From a bacterium (lineage in GTDB: Bacteria; Patescibacteriota; Patescibacteriia; UBA9934; GWF2-40-263), in contig JAGVFR010000026.1 of the NCBI GenBank assembly GCA_020057555.1, forward strand, positions 22,631-86,630: DNA of 64,000 nucleotides, in the 5' to 3' direction. The position numbers and the translations under genes were made by a program. A model generated the notes under the pieces. That model searched no databases. It was not told the origin of the DNA and saw only the letters and a list, made by a program, of their open reading frames with translations. Shown in pieces: positions 42,731 through 53,174 of this stretch (its first letter is position 1; every line of letters starts with the position of its first letter).

Positions 42731-44881
42731 CTATCTCGCAACATGACTCGGGGCGATGGAGTAAAGTTTTGAGCCGGAGAGAAGATAGATTGTGTATCCC
42801 GATTCATCAACAATTACATCTGTCATGTTTTGGAATGCGTCGGAATGATACTGCACAACAAACGCTCCTGTCTCTTTGTTGAAAACAACCAAACGTTTTG
42901 TGTCCGGTTCAAGTACATACAAATACGCGCTGTCAGTGTCAGTCCAGATGTCGGTTGCGTTTGTGATCGGTGGATCAACAACTCCTGTTTCCCATCCGAC
43001 TTCGCTTCCACTTACAAATCGCGTGATTTTTCCATTTTTCATTAAGACAAAAACCGTTCCATCAATAGTGAATGAACGTGCGTCTTTAAGCGCTGTTGTT
43101 TTTGAAGCAATCCATTTTGCAGGCGCGCCAAATCCATCTCCACTTCTACCATAGCGATAAACTTGTCCGTCAGTTTCTGTTTGCGTCAAAATGTATAGTC
43201 GGTTTGCATACGCAAGCAGATCAATCCATTTTCCTTCTATCTGTTCTAGGCTGATTGGTTTTTGTGCTGACTCATCTTTTATGAATTGAGAAACAACGTT
43301 GTTGTCGGTTAATGAGTAGACCTTATCTTTGTCAGCGCTTGCTGAAAGTGAAACTCGCGCGTTTGTTTCTTGAACACTTGCTGGTTTGAATACTTTTTGT
43401 GTTCGATCAAGTTGGTATACACGACCGTCTGTTGCAAAGACATAAATATCAGAACCGACTTTCACAAATGATTGTCCAAACACTCCATCAGTCACAGATG
43501 CCAGATCTCCGAGCAATGCTGGATTTGGAACGTTCACCAAATGTCGAATATCATCCATTGATTTTTGCATTTCAAGTCTTAGATCTTCTGTCTTTTGAAT
43601 TCGCTCCTCTGTATTTGTCGGAAGTTGATCGATAAGGTTTGCAGCATTCACAAATAAACTTCGAGCTTGATTTTCGTCCTTGTAAATAATTGCTCCTGTT
43701 GCGCGCTCCATTAGATCTGTGATCGCATCGATTTTTTGTTGATAGGCTTGTTCATCTTGTGATCGCGCTCGGCTTGATGAGAAAAGTGAAATGCTTACAA
43801 TCAAAACTACAACAACAGCGGCAATGCCACCTAAAAGATATTTCTTGGATCGATCCATGTGTGTGAACGATCTAACAAGCCTTTGGAAGTTTCCTTGAAA
43901 TTCCAGTCGTCCCTCTTTTGTCATTAAGTGTTGTGTAGTTTTAACGGATTTTCTGGTTGCACGTCGAATCCAACGCCAAATAAGCTTCCAAATCTCCTTT
44001 TCAACAAATTTTTTAGTGCGAACTTTAAGTGTTTCAATTAAGGTATTAAGCTTCGGTGTTTGATCAGCAAGTAATTCTTGTGTTTCATCTTCTTGGTTTT
44101 TGAAATGCTGAACCGAGACATTTGTTTTAAGAGTTGCGTGTTGTTCACCCTTATTTTGAGCTGATATGTCTTGAGCTTTAATGACCACCAACAACAGAGC
44201 GGTTTTAAGTGGAAAATATTGTCGAATTTTTTCCGTGGCTCCAGAAGGCGGAAGTGTTGTGAGAACAGTGTTGAGTTCATCAGCAGCCAAAGCTCTTTGT
44301 AAGTCAACGTTTGAAATTGTAAAAACATCACCCTCGTGCAAGTCACCATCAAGAACAACAGCAAATGCTTTTTCCCAAGTTGGAAATGATTGTTCTGATT
44401 GAATGCTGTGAAACAGATTGAAGACTTGATAGCGCTGTGAAGGTCTGCGGTGAAGAAACAGTGCAGTTAAATCTCCAGTTCCTGACAAAAACATTTGATG
44501 TTCACATGCAATACCAAGCACTGCGTCAAATTGTTCAATTGGAACATTCCATCGCCCGTCTCTAACATTTTGCGCGAGTGTTTCGTTTAGTGCACCAAGA
44601 AATTGTTCAAAGCGATGCTGTGCGTTTGCTTCAGAGCCGAAAGAGTCTGCAAGCCTGTGGATTTGATCTGACAAAAGTTGGGAAAGCATTTCAGCATCCT
44701 GGGTTTGTTTCTGGCATCGAGCAACCAAAAATACCCAACCACTTCTTTCTTGTAGCGGTAAAAGCACGCAAATGCCTTCAATTCGTTCTTCTGGGGATCG
44801 TGGGCAGTATTCAGCTGCCTTAAGGTTTAGAGTCATACTTTTGATGTTTCCATTTGCCCTCCTGTTACCATTTGTGTACAT
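42731..44881 (-). CDS. large hypothetical membrane protein
   Basis: 716-codon ORF with a central TM helix (LLGGIAAVVVVLIVSISLF) and a beta-rich C-terminal half. No family recognised. Start uncertain (44881 or 44836). Confidence 0.55.
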   Translation of the reverse strand: MYTNGNRRANGNIKSMTLNLKAAEYCPRSPEERIEGICVLLPLQERSGWVFLVARCQKQTQDAEMLSQLLSDQIHRLADSFGSEANAQHRFEQFLGALNETLAQNVRDGRWNVPIEQFDAVLGIACEHQMFLSGTGDLTALFLHRRPSQRYQVFNLFHSIQSEQSFPTWEKAFAVVLDGDLHEGDVFTISNVDLQRALAADELNTVLTTLPPSGATEKIRQYFPLKTALLLVVIKAQDISAQNKGEQHATLKTNVSVQHFKNQEDETQELLADQTPKLNTLIETLKVRTKKFVEKEIWKLIWRWIRRATRKSVKTTQHLMTKEGRLEFQGNFQRLVRSFTHMDRSKKYLLGGIAAVVVVLIVSISLFSSSRARSQDEQAYQQKIDAITDLMERATGAIIYKDENQARSLFVNAANLIDQLPTNTEERIQKTEDLRLEMQKSMDDIRHLVNVPNPALLGDLASVTDGVFGQSFVKVGSDIYVFATDGRVYQLDRTQKVFKPASVQETNARVSLSASADKDKVYSLTDNNVVSQFIKDESAQKPISLEQIEGKWIDLLAYANRLYILTQTETDGQVYRYGRSGDGFGAPAKWIASKTTALKDARSFTIDGTVFVLMKNGKITRFVSGSEVGWETGVVDPPITNATDIWTDTDSAYLYVLEPDTKRLVVFNKETGAFVVQYHSDAFQNMTDVIVDESGYTIYLLSGSKLYSIAPSHVAR

Positions 44882-44915
44882 TATACCTGTACAGATTCTT
44901 GACGCAAACGTCAGT

Positions 44916-45524
44916 ATGATGACAAAAGGTTTTCAGCTTGAACAGATGTTTGGTTCAAAGACACGAGCAAGGCTCATGGCTCTTTTTTTACAATATCCAA
45001 AGGAAGCTTTTTTTGTCCGTGAGCTTACGAGAAGAATCGATGCGCAACTAAATTCCGTGCGTCGTGAACTCAAAAATCTCATTGAACTTGGTCTTATTGT
45101 TGAGAAGCAAGCAGAAAATAGAAAGAAAGGGAAGTCTCTTGCGGAAAAGAAAAAGTATTATATTGCGAACTCAAATTTTATTTTATTTGATGATCTTCGA
45201 GGTGTTTTTCAAAAAGTTCAGATTCTCTTGAAACAAAATTTTGTGCAAGAGATGGATGCGAACGGTGAAATTTTATATCTTGCGTTCACAGGGCGATTTG
45301 TTGACGCAAAAGATATTCCAACTGATTTGTTTATTGTTGGATCAATTAAACAAGCGGCTTTAGAAAAATTGATTGCAAAGTTTGAGCATGAATTGTCCTA
45401 TGAGGTGAATTACACTCTAATGCCAAAGGATGAATTTTTGGATCGCAAGCAAATCGCGGATCGTTTTCTTCTTACAATTTTGAATGGAGATAAGATTGTG
45501 ATGATAAACCGACTTTCAGTATGA
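44916..45524 (+). CDS. winged-helix transcriptional regulator-like protein
   Basis: Start refined to ATG 44916. N-terminal wHTH-like FGSKTRARLMALFLQYPKEAFFVRELTRRIDAQLNSVRRELKNLIELGLI. Confidence 0.5.
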   Translation: MMTKGFQLEQMFGSKTRARLMALFLQYPKEAFFVRELTRRIDAQLNSVRRELKNLIELGLIVEKQAENRKKGKSLAEKKKYYIANSNFILFDDLRGVFQKVQILLKQNFVQEMDANGEILYLAFTGRFVDAKDIPTDLFIVGSIKQAALEKLIAKFEHELSYEVNYTLMPKDEFLDRKQIADRFLLTILNGDKIVMINRLSV

Positions 45525-45910
45525 TTGTGTTTATATGCGCTCAAGACCTTGGTTTTTTTTGGCTGGGTTTGATTCAAGACCAATCGTTTATTACATTGGA
45601 AAAAATTGATGGTTCGCCAGAAGATATTCTAAAAGAGCTTGATGACTTTATAATCACTAACAAAATTGACTGCAATAAACTTGACGGAATCTCAATTGTC
45701 AGTGGACCAGGGTCGTTTACAGCCAGCCGTTTGAGTCTGATGATCGCAAATGGGCTTTATTTCACAAAATCAATCCCAATTTTTGTACTGGAAAATCCAT
45801 CCAAACTCGAGCCGGAAGTGCTTATCAAAGAAAATGGCATAGGAAAATTAGCGCTCGGTTATGTTGTTCCAGCTTATGATCGACCTCCGCACATAACAGC
45901 CAAACATTGA
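45521..45910 (+). CDS. TsaB (YeaZ)-like protein, short form
   Basis: 129 aa. The SGPGSFTASRLSLMIANGL block matches the TsaB GPGSFTGLRIG region. Only about half the usual length. Confidence 0.5.
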   Translation: MIVFICAQDLGFFWLGLIQDQSFITLEKIDGSPEDILKELDDFIITNKIDCNKLDGISIVSGPGSFTASRLSLMIANGLYFTKSIPIFVLENPSKLEPEVLIKENGIGKLALGYVVPAYDRPPHITAKH

Positions 45911-45982
45911 ATAGTTTTGATAAAAATGTTAAGTTTTAATTAAGTTCATCTAACTACTAATCTAATTATTTAATTATTCCTT

Positions 45983-46660
45983 ATGGATTTTACCAATGTT
46001 CTTCAAGGACCAGTCCTTGAAATGTGGGACATTGTTTTGGCTTATTTGCCAAATCTATTGGGTGCAGTCATCGTGTTTTTGATTGGCGTTATCGTGGCTC
46101 TTGTTCTAAGAAGCGTTGTCGAGCAAGTGATCAAGCTTTTGCGCATTGATGATCTTGCGCAGAAACTTGAGATCCGATCGCAGTTTGAGCGTTTCGGAGT
46201 AAGTCTTCACATTGGTCACCTTTTGGGTTGGATTGTGAAGTGGTTCTTCGTTATCGTTGCTTTGATCGCGGCAACAGACATCTTGGGCTGGGAACAGTTG
46301 ACATCCTATCTTCAAGAGATCGTTCTATTTATTCCAAACGTAGTAATTGCTGTTATCATTTTGCTTGCAGGAATTTTGCTTGCTAACTTTGTACAGCGCG
46401 TTGTGAAGTCTGCAGTTGAAGCCGCGAAACTTACGTCAGCAAGTTTTCTATCAGGAGTTGCAAAATGGGCAATCTTGATTTTCAGCTTTATGGCAGCGTT
46501 AGTGCAGTTGGAAATCGCACCAGATTTGATCCGTGTTCTGTTTACAGGTCTTGTATTTATGATTGCACTTGCAGGCGGACTTGCATTTGGTCTTGGTGGA
46601 CGCGAACAAGCAGGGAAACTTCTTGAACGTCTTCGCAAAGATATTTCTTCAGACAGATAA
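45983..46660 (+). CDS. hypothetical polytopic membrane protein
   Basis: 225 aa with repeated TM helices, possibly a conserved-TM-helix repeat type. No firm family call. Confidence 0.5.
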   Translation: MDFTNVLQGPVLEMWDIVLAYLPNLLGAVIVFLIGVIVALVLRSVVEQVIKLLRIDDLAQKLEIRSQFERFGVSLHIGHLLGWIVKWFFVIVALIAATDILGWEQLTSYLQEIVLFIPNVVIAVIILLAGILLANFVQRVVKSAVEAAKLTSASFLSGVAKWAILIFSFMAALVQLEIAPDLIRVLFTGLVFMIALAGGLAFGLGGREQAGKLLERLRKDISSDR

Positions 46661-48144
46661 TGGTTACTTATAAGTACGGTAAAATGAGATTTTGGGAAAT
46701 GTTCCCCGGCCTTCTGGTTTGGGGAACTTTTTCACTTGCAATTGTTTTTTCATTTTTTCAACCGCTTTGGGTTATCATCGTAATTATTGTTTTTGATCTT
46801 TTGTGGTTGTTTAGGGTTATATATTTCAACATTTTCATTATTGCCGCATGGGTAAAATATCGTCGCACAAAAAAAATTGATTGGGCTAAACAGTTAGAGA
46901 CGCTTCCGTGCCCAAACGAAACATATCATTTGATTTTTCTTCCAACATATCAGGAAGAATATGACATTATTCATGGTACGCTTCGATCTTTGGGTGAAAA
47001 TACGTACGACAATAAGCGAATGATTATTGTGCTTTGTGGTGAAGAGGCTGATCGTGTTCGGTTTGAAAATGTGAGTGCACAAGCTTTGACAGAGTTTGGT
47101 TCAGTGTTTAAAAAACTCTATACAACAATTCATCCACGCGGTTTATTTGATGAAATTCCTGGTAAAGGTTCAAATTTACATTTTGCTGGAAACGAGATTG
47201 CTAAACGTTTAGCAATAGATTTTTCTGAAATTAAAGACGAGCATATTGTTGTCTCCGCGTTTGACATTGATACGATCGCTCATCCTCAATATTTTTCATT
47301 ACTCACATATCTTTATTGTACTATTGAAAATCCTACACATTCGTCATATCAACCAGTAACGCTTTTTTCAAATAACATTTGGACAGCTTCAGCTCCTGTT
47401 CGAATTGGTGCTTTTGGAACAACGTTTTGGTTGTTTGCAGAATTGGCTCGTCCAGAGCGACTTTGGACTTTCTCGTCTCATTCAATGCCGTGGAAGATGC
47501 TGAAAGATGTTGGATTTTGGCAAAAAGATATTGTTAGTGAAGATTCACGAATTTTTATGCAAGCATTCATGCATTACCACGGCGACTATCGTGTGACACC
47601 AGTTTTTTTACCGGTTTCAATGGATGCGGTTTTTGGAAAAACTTATTTTGAATCATTAAAAGCTCTTTACGTTCAAATGCGGAGATGGGCTTGGGGGATT
47701 GAGCATCTTCCGTATCTCATAGATGGTTTTCGAAATGATCCGCTCATTCCACTTCGCACAAAAATAAAATATGTGTTCAACCATATAGAAGGGATGTTCA
47801 CATGGGCGACAGCACCTCTTATCATGTTTGTTTTGGGATGGCTTCCGCTTTGGCTTGCAAAAGGAGAGTCAAATGCAATTGTCCAAGCGGCTCCGTTTAC
47901 ACTTGAACAGCTTATGCAATCTGCAATGATTGGAGTGCTTGTTTCTGCGGCCCTTGCTTTAACATTGTTGCCACGCCGTCCAGATAGTGTTCATAAACAC
48001 ACATGGATCGTAATGATATTACAGTGGATTCTTCTCCCGATCACTTTTATTTTATTTGGATCAATTCCAGCGATCGACGCACAAACGCGGTTGATGTTGG
48101 GAAAGTATTTAGGGTTTAAGGTTACGAAAAAAGTTCGCGCATAA
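46660..48144 (+). CDS. membrane glycosyltransferase, GT2-like (processive-synthase-like)
   Basis: N- and C-terminal TM clusters around a cytosolic domain with acidic motifs (AFDIDT, SEDSRIF) and QMRRWAWG (QxxRW-like). Confidence 0.5.
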   Translation: MVTYKYGKMRFWEMFPGLLVWGTFSLAIVFSFFQPLWVIIVIIVFDLLWLFRVIYFNIFIIAAWVKYRRTKKIDWAKQLETLPCPNETYHLIFLPTYQEEYDIIHGTLRSLGENTYDNKRMIIVLCGEEADRVRFENVSAQALTEFGSVFKKLYTTIHPRGLFDEIPGKGSNLHFAGNEIAKRLAIDFSEIKDEHIVVSAFDIDTIAHPQYFSLLTYLYCTIENPTHSSYQPVTLFSNNIWTASAPVRIGAFGTTFWLFAELARPERLWTFSSHSMPWKMLKDVGFWQKDIVSEDSRIFMQAFMHYHGDYRVTPVFLPVSMDAVFGKTYFESLKALYVQMRRWAWGIEHLPYLIDGFRNDPLIPLRTKIKYVFNHIEGMFTWATAPLIMFVLGWLPLWLAKGESNAIVQAAPFTLEQLMQSAMIGVLVSAALALTLLPRRPDSVHKHTWIVMILQWILLPITFILFGSIPAIDAQTRLMLGKYLGFKVTKKVRA

Positions 48145-48234
48145 AATCACTTTCATAGGATGGTTGTTTTCTTGTGGCGTATTGCTTAACATACTCGATA
48201 GCGTGATCTATCCGCACTAACATAGTTAACCGAG

Positions 48235-48307
48235 GATCAGTTTGCATCATGTCGTAAGGAACAACGGCGAAGAGTCCGTTGGCCCGGAGATATGGTGCAA
48301 ACTGATC
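48235..48307 (+). repeat. conserved-core hairpin element, copy 3
   Basis: Outer stem GATCAGTTTGCATCATGTC / GATATGGTGCAAACTGATC. Core AACAACGGCGAAGAGTCCGTTGGCCCGGAGATATG with compensatory CAACGG/CCGTTG. Confidence 0.65.
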
Positions 48308-48314
48308 CTAGATT

Positions 48315-49364
48315 ATGTACCCACCTCTTTCAATTCACATAGTTGCATGGAACTCCATGCGTTTTCTGCCTGATTTATTTAAAAGTTTGTCTAATCAGAC
48401 ATACCGAGATTTCAATATTCTTGTAATTGATAATGGTTCAACCGATGGCGTGGAAGCTTACATACGTGAACATTATCCGGAAATTACAATTTTACGCAAT
48501 GCCCGCAATCTAGGTTTTTCAGGTGCACACAATCAGGGAATTCGTTACGCACTCGAACATTGGGAACCGTCTAGCTATAAAGATAATTTTGTTTTGGTTA
48601 CAAATCCGGATTTGATTTTACCACCTAATTTTGTTGAAACGCTCATGCGTGATGTTTCATCTCATCCAACAGTTGGAGCATTTGGTGGAAAATTGCGCCG
48701 CGCGTTTGGTGAGAATCTTACTGACGAAGCGCTTCAGGAAACAATTCAATCTGATCTAATTGATTCAACAGGTTTGCATGCTCACAAAAATAGATCATTT
48801 ACGGATCGTGGAGCAGGTGAAATGGACAAAGGTCAATACGACGAGTCGCGTGATGTGTTTGGAATTTCAGGAGCGCTTGTTTTGTATCGTGCCGCGGCAC
48901 TTGACGATATTCGTTTCGAAGATGAATTTTTTGATGAAGATTTTTTTGCGTACAAAGAAGATGTTGATCTTGCTTGGCGGCTTCAGCGATTTGGATGGGA
49001 TGCACGTTTTGTGTCAGAAGCGGTTGCATTTCATTATCGCGGAATGTACGCGCCTGAAAAAATTGGCATTGTTGCGCGAATCAAAAATCGTCGAAACAAG
49101 TCAAAGCTACGCAGTTATTATTCAAACCGAAATCAATGGTTGCTTCTCGCGAAAGATCTTCCATTTATTGATTTTCTGTTCGCTTGCGTTTGGATAGTTC
49201 CATCGGAAATTGGAAGATTCATTTTTACTTTATTGTTTGAGACGAGGAATACACTAGCTTTCATTGATGCTGTCAAACTTTTTCCGCGTATGTTTAGGAA
49301 ACGTTTATGGATTAAGAAACATCAAAAGCGATCTTCAAAAGAACTTCGTCGATGGTTCAAATAG
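48315..49364 (+). CDS. glycosyltransferase family 2
   Basis: VAWNS...LVIDNGSTDG N-terminal GT2 pattern and a DVDLAWR block. Confidence 0.8.
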   Translation: MYPPLSIHIVAWNSMRFLPDLFKSLSNQTYRDFNILVIDNGSTDGVEAYIREHYPEITILRNARNLGFSGAHNQGIRYALEHWEPSSYKDNFVLVTNPDLILPPNFVETLMRDVSSHPTVGAFGGKLRRAFGENLTDEALQETIQSDLIDSTGLHAHKNRSFTDRGAGEMDKGQYDESRDVFGISGALVLYRAAALDDIRFEDEFFDEDFFAYKEDVDLAWRLQRFGWDARFVSEAVAFHYRGMYAPEKIGIVARIKNRRNKSKLRSYYSNRNQWLLLAKDLPFIDFLFACVWIVPSEIGRFIFTLLFETRNTLAFIDAVKLFPRMFRKRLWIKKHQKRSSKELRRWFK

Positions 49365-49369
49365 AATAT

Positions 49370-50209
49370 ATGAAAAAAGATTTGTCAATTTTGATCGTGC
49401 ATTACAATACTCCTGGACTTTTGCGTCAAACGCTCAAGGGAATTTTTACTTCAAAAATAAATATCAGCTTTGAAGTTATTGTTGTTGATAATAATCCAAA
49501 AATTCGTGTGCGCGACTGGGTGCAAAAAGAATTTCCATTTGTGAATGTTGTGATGAGTGATAAAAACATCGGCTTTGGAAATGGAATGAATTTAGCAATG
49601 CAACATACTAATGCGCGATACTATCTTGTGTTTAATCCTGACATTGCGGTTTTTGATGGAGTGTTTGATTCAATGGTTGCATACATGGACGCGCATCCTG
49701 ATATTGGAATGTTAGGACCAAAACTTTTGAACCCGGATCGTACACTACAATACAGTTGTTACAGATTTATGGGACCGTCGATTATTTTATATAGAAGAAT
49801 TCCGATTTTGCGTTCGCTCGGTTTTGCAAAACGCGCTGACAGTGAATATCAAATGAAGGATTGGGATCATAACCAAGTTCAAGACGTTGATTATCTTCTT
49901 GGCGCGGCAATGCTTGTTAGAAAAGAAGCGGTTGATAAAGTTGGAGGATTTGATCCTGAATATTTTATTTATTTTGAAGATCAAGATTGGTGTCGCAGAT
50001 TTTGGCTTGCTGAATGGCGAGTTGTTTATAATCCAAACATTCAATTTGTGCACTATCATCGTCGCGAAACAGCTGAAGGATCGTTCTTGGAGCAAATTCG
50101 AAATCCACTTACACGCCTTCAAGCAAAAAGTGCGATATACTATTATCAGAAATATAAAGGTTCGATAAATCCAAGACATGCATACTCCGTCAGCAATTCA
50201 TCAAAGTGA
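49370..50209 (+). CDS. glycosyltransferase family 2
   Basis: LSILIVHYNT...VVDNNP GT2 pattern and an EDQDWCRR block. Alternative start at 49352. Confidence 0.8.
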   Translation: MKKDLSILIVHYNTPGLLRQTLKGIFTSKINISFEVIVVDNNPKIRVRDWVQKEFPFVNVVMSDKNIGFGNGMNLAMQHTNARYYLVFNPDIAVFDGVFDSMVAYMDAHPDIGMLGPKLLNPDRTLQYSCYRFMGPSIILYRRIPILRSLGFAKRADSEYQMKDWDHNQVQDVDYLLGAAMLVRKEAVDKVGGFDPEYFIYFEDQDWCRRFWLAEWRVVYNPNIQFVHYHRRETAEGSFLEQIRNPLTRLQAKSAIYYYQKYKGSINPRHAYSVSNSSK

Positions 50210-52091
50210 ACCTTCGATCATTCACCGTCGCCATCGTCGTCGGCAATTTTTTCGTGCATTCATTGTTGTACTTGTGGTTTTGTTGGCAGGTTGGTTTATT
50301 ATGCTTCTTCTTGTACTGGGTCAAGCCGCGGCGGCAACTCTTGATACTCGCGATGCGATTTCTGATACTGCAAAAAACGTTAAGTCACTTCATTTTTCAG
50401 AAGCACAAAAAAATCTTGCACGAGCGGCTCAATCAATCAAAGAAGCAGAACAAAGTGTATTTTTGCTTGAGCGTGTTTGGTTTCTTCCAGGTCTCAAAGA
50501 TGAGTTTTCAAATTTGAAAGGAACTTTTATTTCAAGCGGGCAATTGGTTGACTCATTATCAAATGTTATTTCGTTAGGACAAGATGTAACTCAATTAGCA
50601 GGACTTGGAAACACATCAGTAACTTTTGATGCCCTTTCTCCATCTACAAAACTTGTTATTCTTGAAAGATTAAGCACAGCATCAAATGACTTTGATCTTC
50701 TATCATCAAGACTTCAAATTACAAAAGAAGAATTGACTTTACTAAAAGACAGTCGTTTTGCTTCTCCATTTCTTGGAGTTCTAAATCCAGTTGTTGATCA
50801 GATGGATCAAGTTGAAGATCAACTTAAAGTTGCGTCTGTTCTGGCGCATTTGTTGCCTGAATTTTCTGGTTTTGGAAAACAAAAAAATCATTTGTTGTTG
50901 TTTTTGAATAATGATGAGCTCCGTCCGGGTGGTGGATTTATTGGAACGTATGGTGTGATGAATGTTTCAAACGGAGAAGTTTTGCAAACAAAAACAGCAG
51001 ATGTTTACGCGCTTGATGATTCGTCTAAAAATTTTGTAACTGCTGTTCCGCCAGTTCCTTTGCAAAAATATAACGCAACTTCAAAATGGTATTTTAGAGA
51101 TTCAAATTGGAGTCCTGATTTTGCTGTTAGCTCAAAAGAATCAATCAAGGCTTTTGAATATGAATCAAACATCAACATTGATTCCGTAATTGGATTTACT
51201 CCAACGTTTGCTTCAGCGCTTTTAGGCGAGCTTGGACCAATTGAAGTTGATGGTCAAACTTTTACATCAAAAAATGTTCCTGATTTGATTGAGTTTCAAG
51301 TTGAGAAAGGTTTTTGGGAAAGCGGTATTCCAGTTGATCAACGAAAGGAAGTATTGGCTGATTTAGTTAAGGAAGTTCAGTCGCGTTTAATAGCTTTGCC
51401 GTTTTCTAAATGGGGCAATATTTTCACAATTGTTGATGAAGAATTGAAATCAAAACAGCTTGCAGTATTCAGCGAAAACGAGCAGGTTCAACAAACGCTT
51501 GTTAATGTTGGTTGGGCTGGAGTTTCCTCATTTTCAACACCAGATGTTCAATGGTTTGTTGATGCGAATCTTGCGAGTTTGAAATCAGATCCAGTTGTAA
51601 ATCGTTCGATTCGATATTCGTTTTTTAGAAATGAAAGTGGTTCATGGATTGGTCGAACATCAGTAACATATGACCATGTTGGACAATTTGATTGGCGAAC
51701 AACCCGCTATCGAAGTTACACACGGCTTTTTGTGCCACTTGGAACAACTTTTATTCGTGCGCAAGGTCTAAATGAAGGTCCGGAAGTTTTTGAAGAACTT
51801 GGAATGAGTGTGTTTGGTGGTTTTGTTTCAGTTGAACCTGGAGAAGAGAAAACGATTACATACGAATATGAACTTTCTGATACAGTTGTAAAAGCAATCG
51901 CGCAACAGACGTACAGCCTAACCGTTTTAAAACAGATGGGCGCTCGTGACTATGCATTGACGCTTGATCTAGATTTTGATAAGAATATCTTGCACGCGGT
52001 TCCAGCAGAGAATCGAAACGAGTGGGGGGATGATCGCTATCGTTTGAATACAAAATTGAGTCAGGATGTTGATATAGCCGTCAGCCTCTAG
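50178..52091 (+). CDS. DUF4012 domain-containing protein
   Basis: N-terminal TM. Hallmark LLLFLNNDELRPGGGFIGTYG block. Confidence 0.7.
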   Translation: MHTPSAIHQSEPSIIHRRHRRRQFFRAFIVVLVVLLAGWFIMLLLVLGQAAAATLDTRDAISDTAKNVKSLHFSEAQKNLARAAQSIKEAEQSVFLLERVWFLPGLKDEFSNLKGTFISSGQLVDSLSNVISLGQDVTQLAGLGNTSVTFDALSPSTKLVILERLSTASNDFDLLSSRLQITKEELTLLKDSRFASPFLGVLNPVVDQMDQVEDQLKVASVLAHLLPEFSGFGKQKNHLLLFLNNDELRPGGGFIGTYGVMNVSNGEVLQTKTADVYALDDSSKNFVTAVPPVPLQKYNATSKWYFRDSNWSPDFAVSSKESIKAFEYESNINIDSVIGFTPTFASALLGELGPIEVDGQTFTSKNVPDLIEFQVEKGFWESGIPVDQRKEVLADLVKEVQSRLIALPFSKWGNIFTIVDEELKSKQLAVFSENEQVQQTLVNVGWAGVSSFSTPDVQWFVDANLASLKSDPVVNRSIRYSFFRNESGSWIGRTSVTYDHVGQFDWRTTRYRSYTRLFVPLGTTFIRAQGLNEGPEVFEELGMSVFGGFVSVEPGEEKTITYEYELSDTVVKAIAQQTYSLTVLKQMGARDYALTLDLDFDKNILHAVPAENRNEWGDDRYRLNTKLSQDVDIAVSL

Positions 52092-52165
52092 CTATTAGCC
52101 GTTAGTATAAATAAGTGAAGCCAAAGCCTAAAGGCTAATGGCTAACAGCTAATGGCCACGCTCCT

Positions 52166-53170
52166 ATGTTTCAAAAAAAAATTGGAATTGATCTTGGAAC
52201 AACCACTGTCCTCGTTTATGTTCCTAAACGAGGCATTATTATAAATGAGCCATCTGTTGTTGCTGTTTCATATATTGATAAAAAAGTTTTGGCTGTTGGA
52301 AAAGAAGCAAAGGACATGCTTGGACGAACACCAGATACGATTGTCGCGCGACGTCCACTTAAAGATGGAGTGATTGCCGACTATCGAACAACCGAAGCAA
52401 TGCTTCGATATTTTATAAACAAAGCTCTTGGTGGTTTTCGTTTATTTCGTCCAGAAGTTATGGTTGCTGTTCCAGGAGGAATTACTTCAACAGAACGTCG
52501 TGCTGTTATTGACGCGACTCTCGCGGCAGGAGCAAAAGCGGCATACATCATCAAAGAACCGATCGTTGCCGCGATTGGCGCAAACATTCCAATTGGTTCT
52601 CCATCTGGTCATATGATAATTGATATTGGAGGAGGAACTTCGGAAATGGCCGTGATTTCACTTGGAGGAATTGTTGCTTCAGAGTCAGTTCGAATTGGTG
52701 GAGTGAAGTTTGACCTTGCGATTTCGGAATATATTCGCCGAAAGTATGGTCTTGCAATTGGTGAACGAACTTCCGAAGACATCAAGATTCAGATTGGCGC
52801 GGCAATGTATCTTCCTGATAAATTATCAATGGAAGTAAAAGGACGCGACATGATCACAGGACTTCCTAAAATAATTGAAGTTACTTCTGATGATGTTACA
52901 GTTGCTATTCAAAGTGAGCTTGAAGGAATCATCTCGACAGTTAAAGAAGTTTTACACAAAACACCTCCTGAACTTTCAGCTGATGTGATGGACAAAGGGA
53001 TTATGCTTTCTGGCGGATCCGCGCAACTTCGCAGTTTAGACACTCTTATCGCTGAAGCAACCGGTGTTCCAACTTTTGTGGCAGAAGATCCACAGCAATG
53101 TGTTGCCAAAGGAACAGGAATCGCGCTTGAAAATCTTGATGCTTATAAGCGAAGTATTTTTACGAGTTAA
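52166..53170 (+). CDS. mreB: rod shape-determining protein MreB
   Basis: IGIDLGTTTVLVY actin-fold phosphate-1 motif and DIGGGTSE. Full-length MreB pattern. Confidence 0.9.
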   Translation: MFQKKIGIDLGTTTVLVYVPKRGIIINEPSVVAVSYIDKKVLAVGKEAKDMLGRTPDTIVARRPLKDGVIADYRTTEAMLRYFINKALGGFRLFRPEVMVAVPGGITSTERRAVIDATLAAGAKAAYIIKEPIVAAIGANIPIGSPSGHMIIDIGGGTSEMAVISLGGIVASESVRIGGVKFDLAISEYIRRKYGLAIGERTSEDIKIQIGAAMYLPDKLSMEVKGRDMITGLPKIIEVTSDDVTVAIQSELEGIISTVKEVLHKTPPELSADVMDKGIMLSGGSAQLRSLDTLIAEATGVPTFVAEDPQQCVAKGTGIALENLDAYKRSIFTS

Positions 53171-53174
53171 AATT

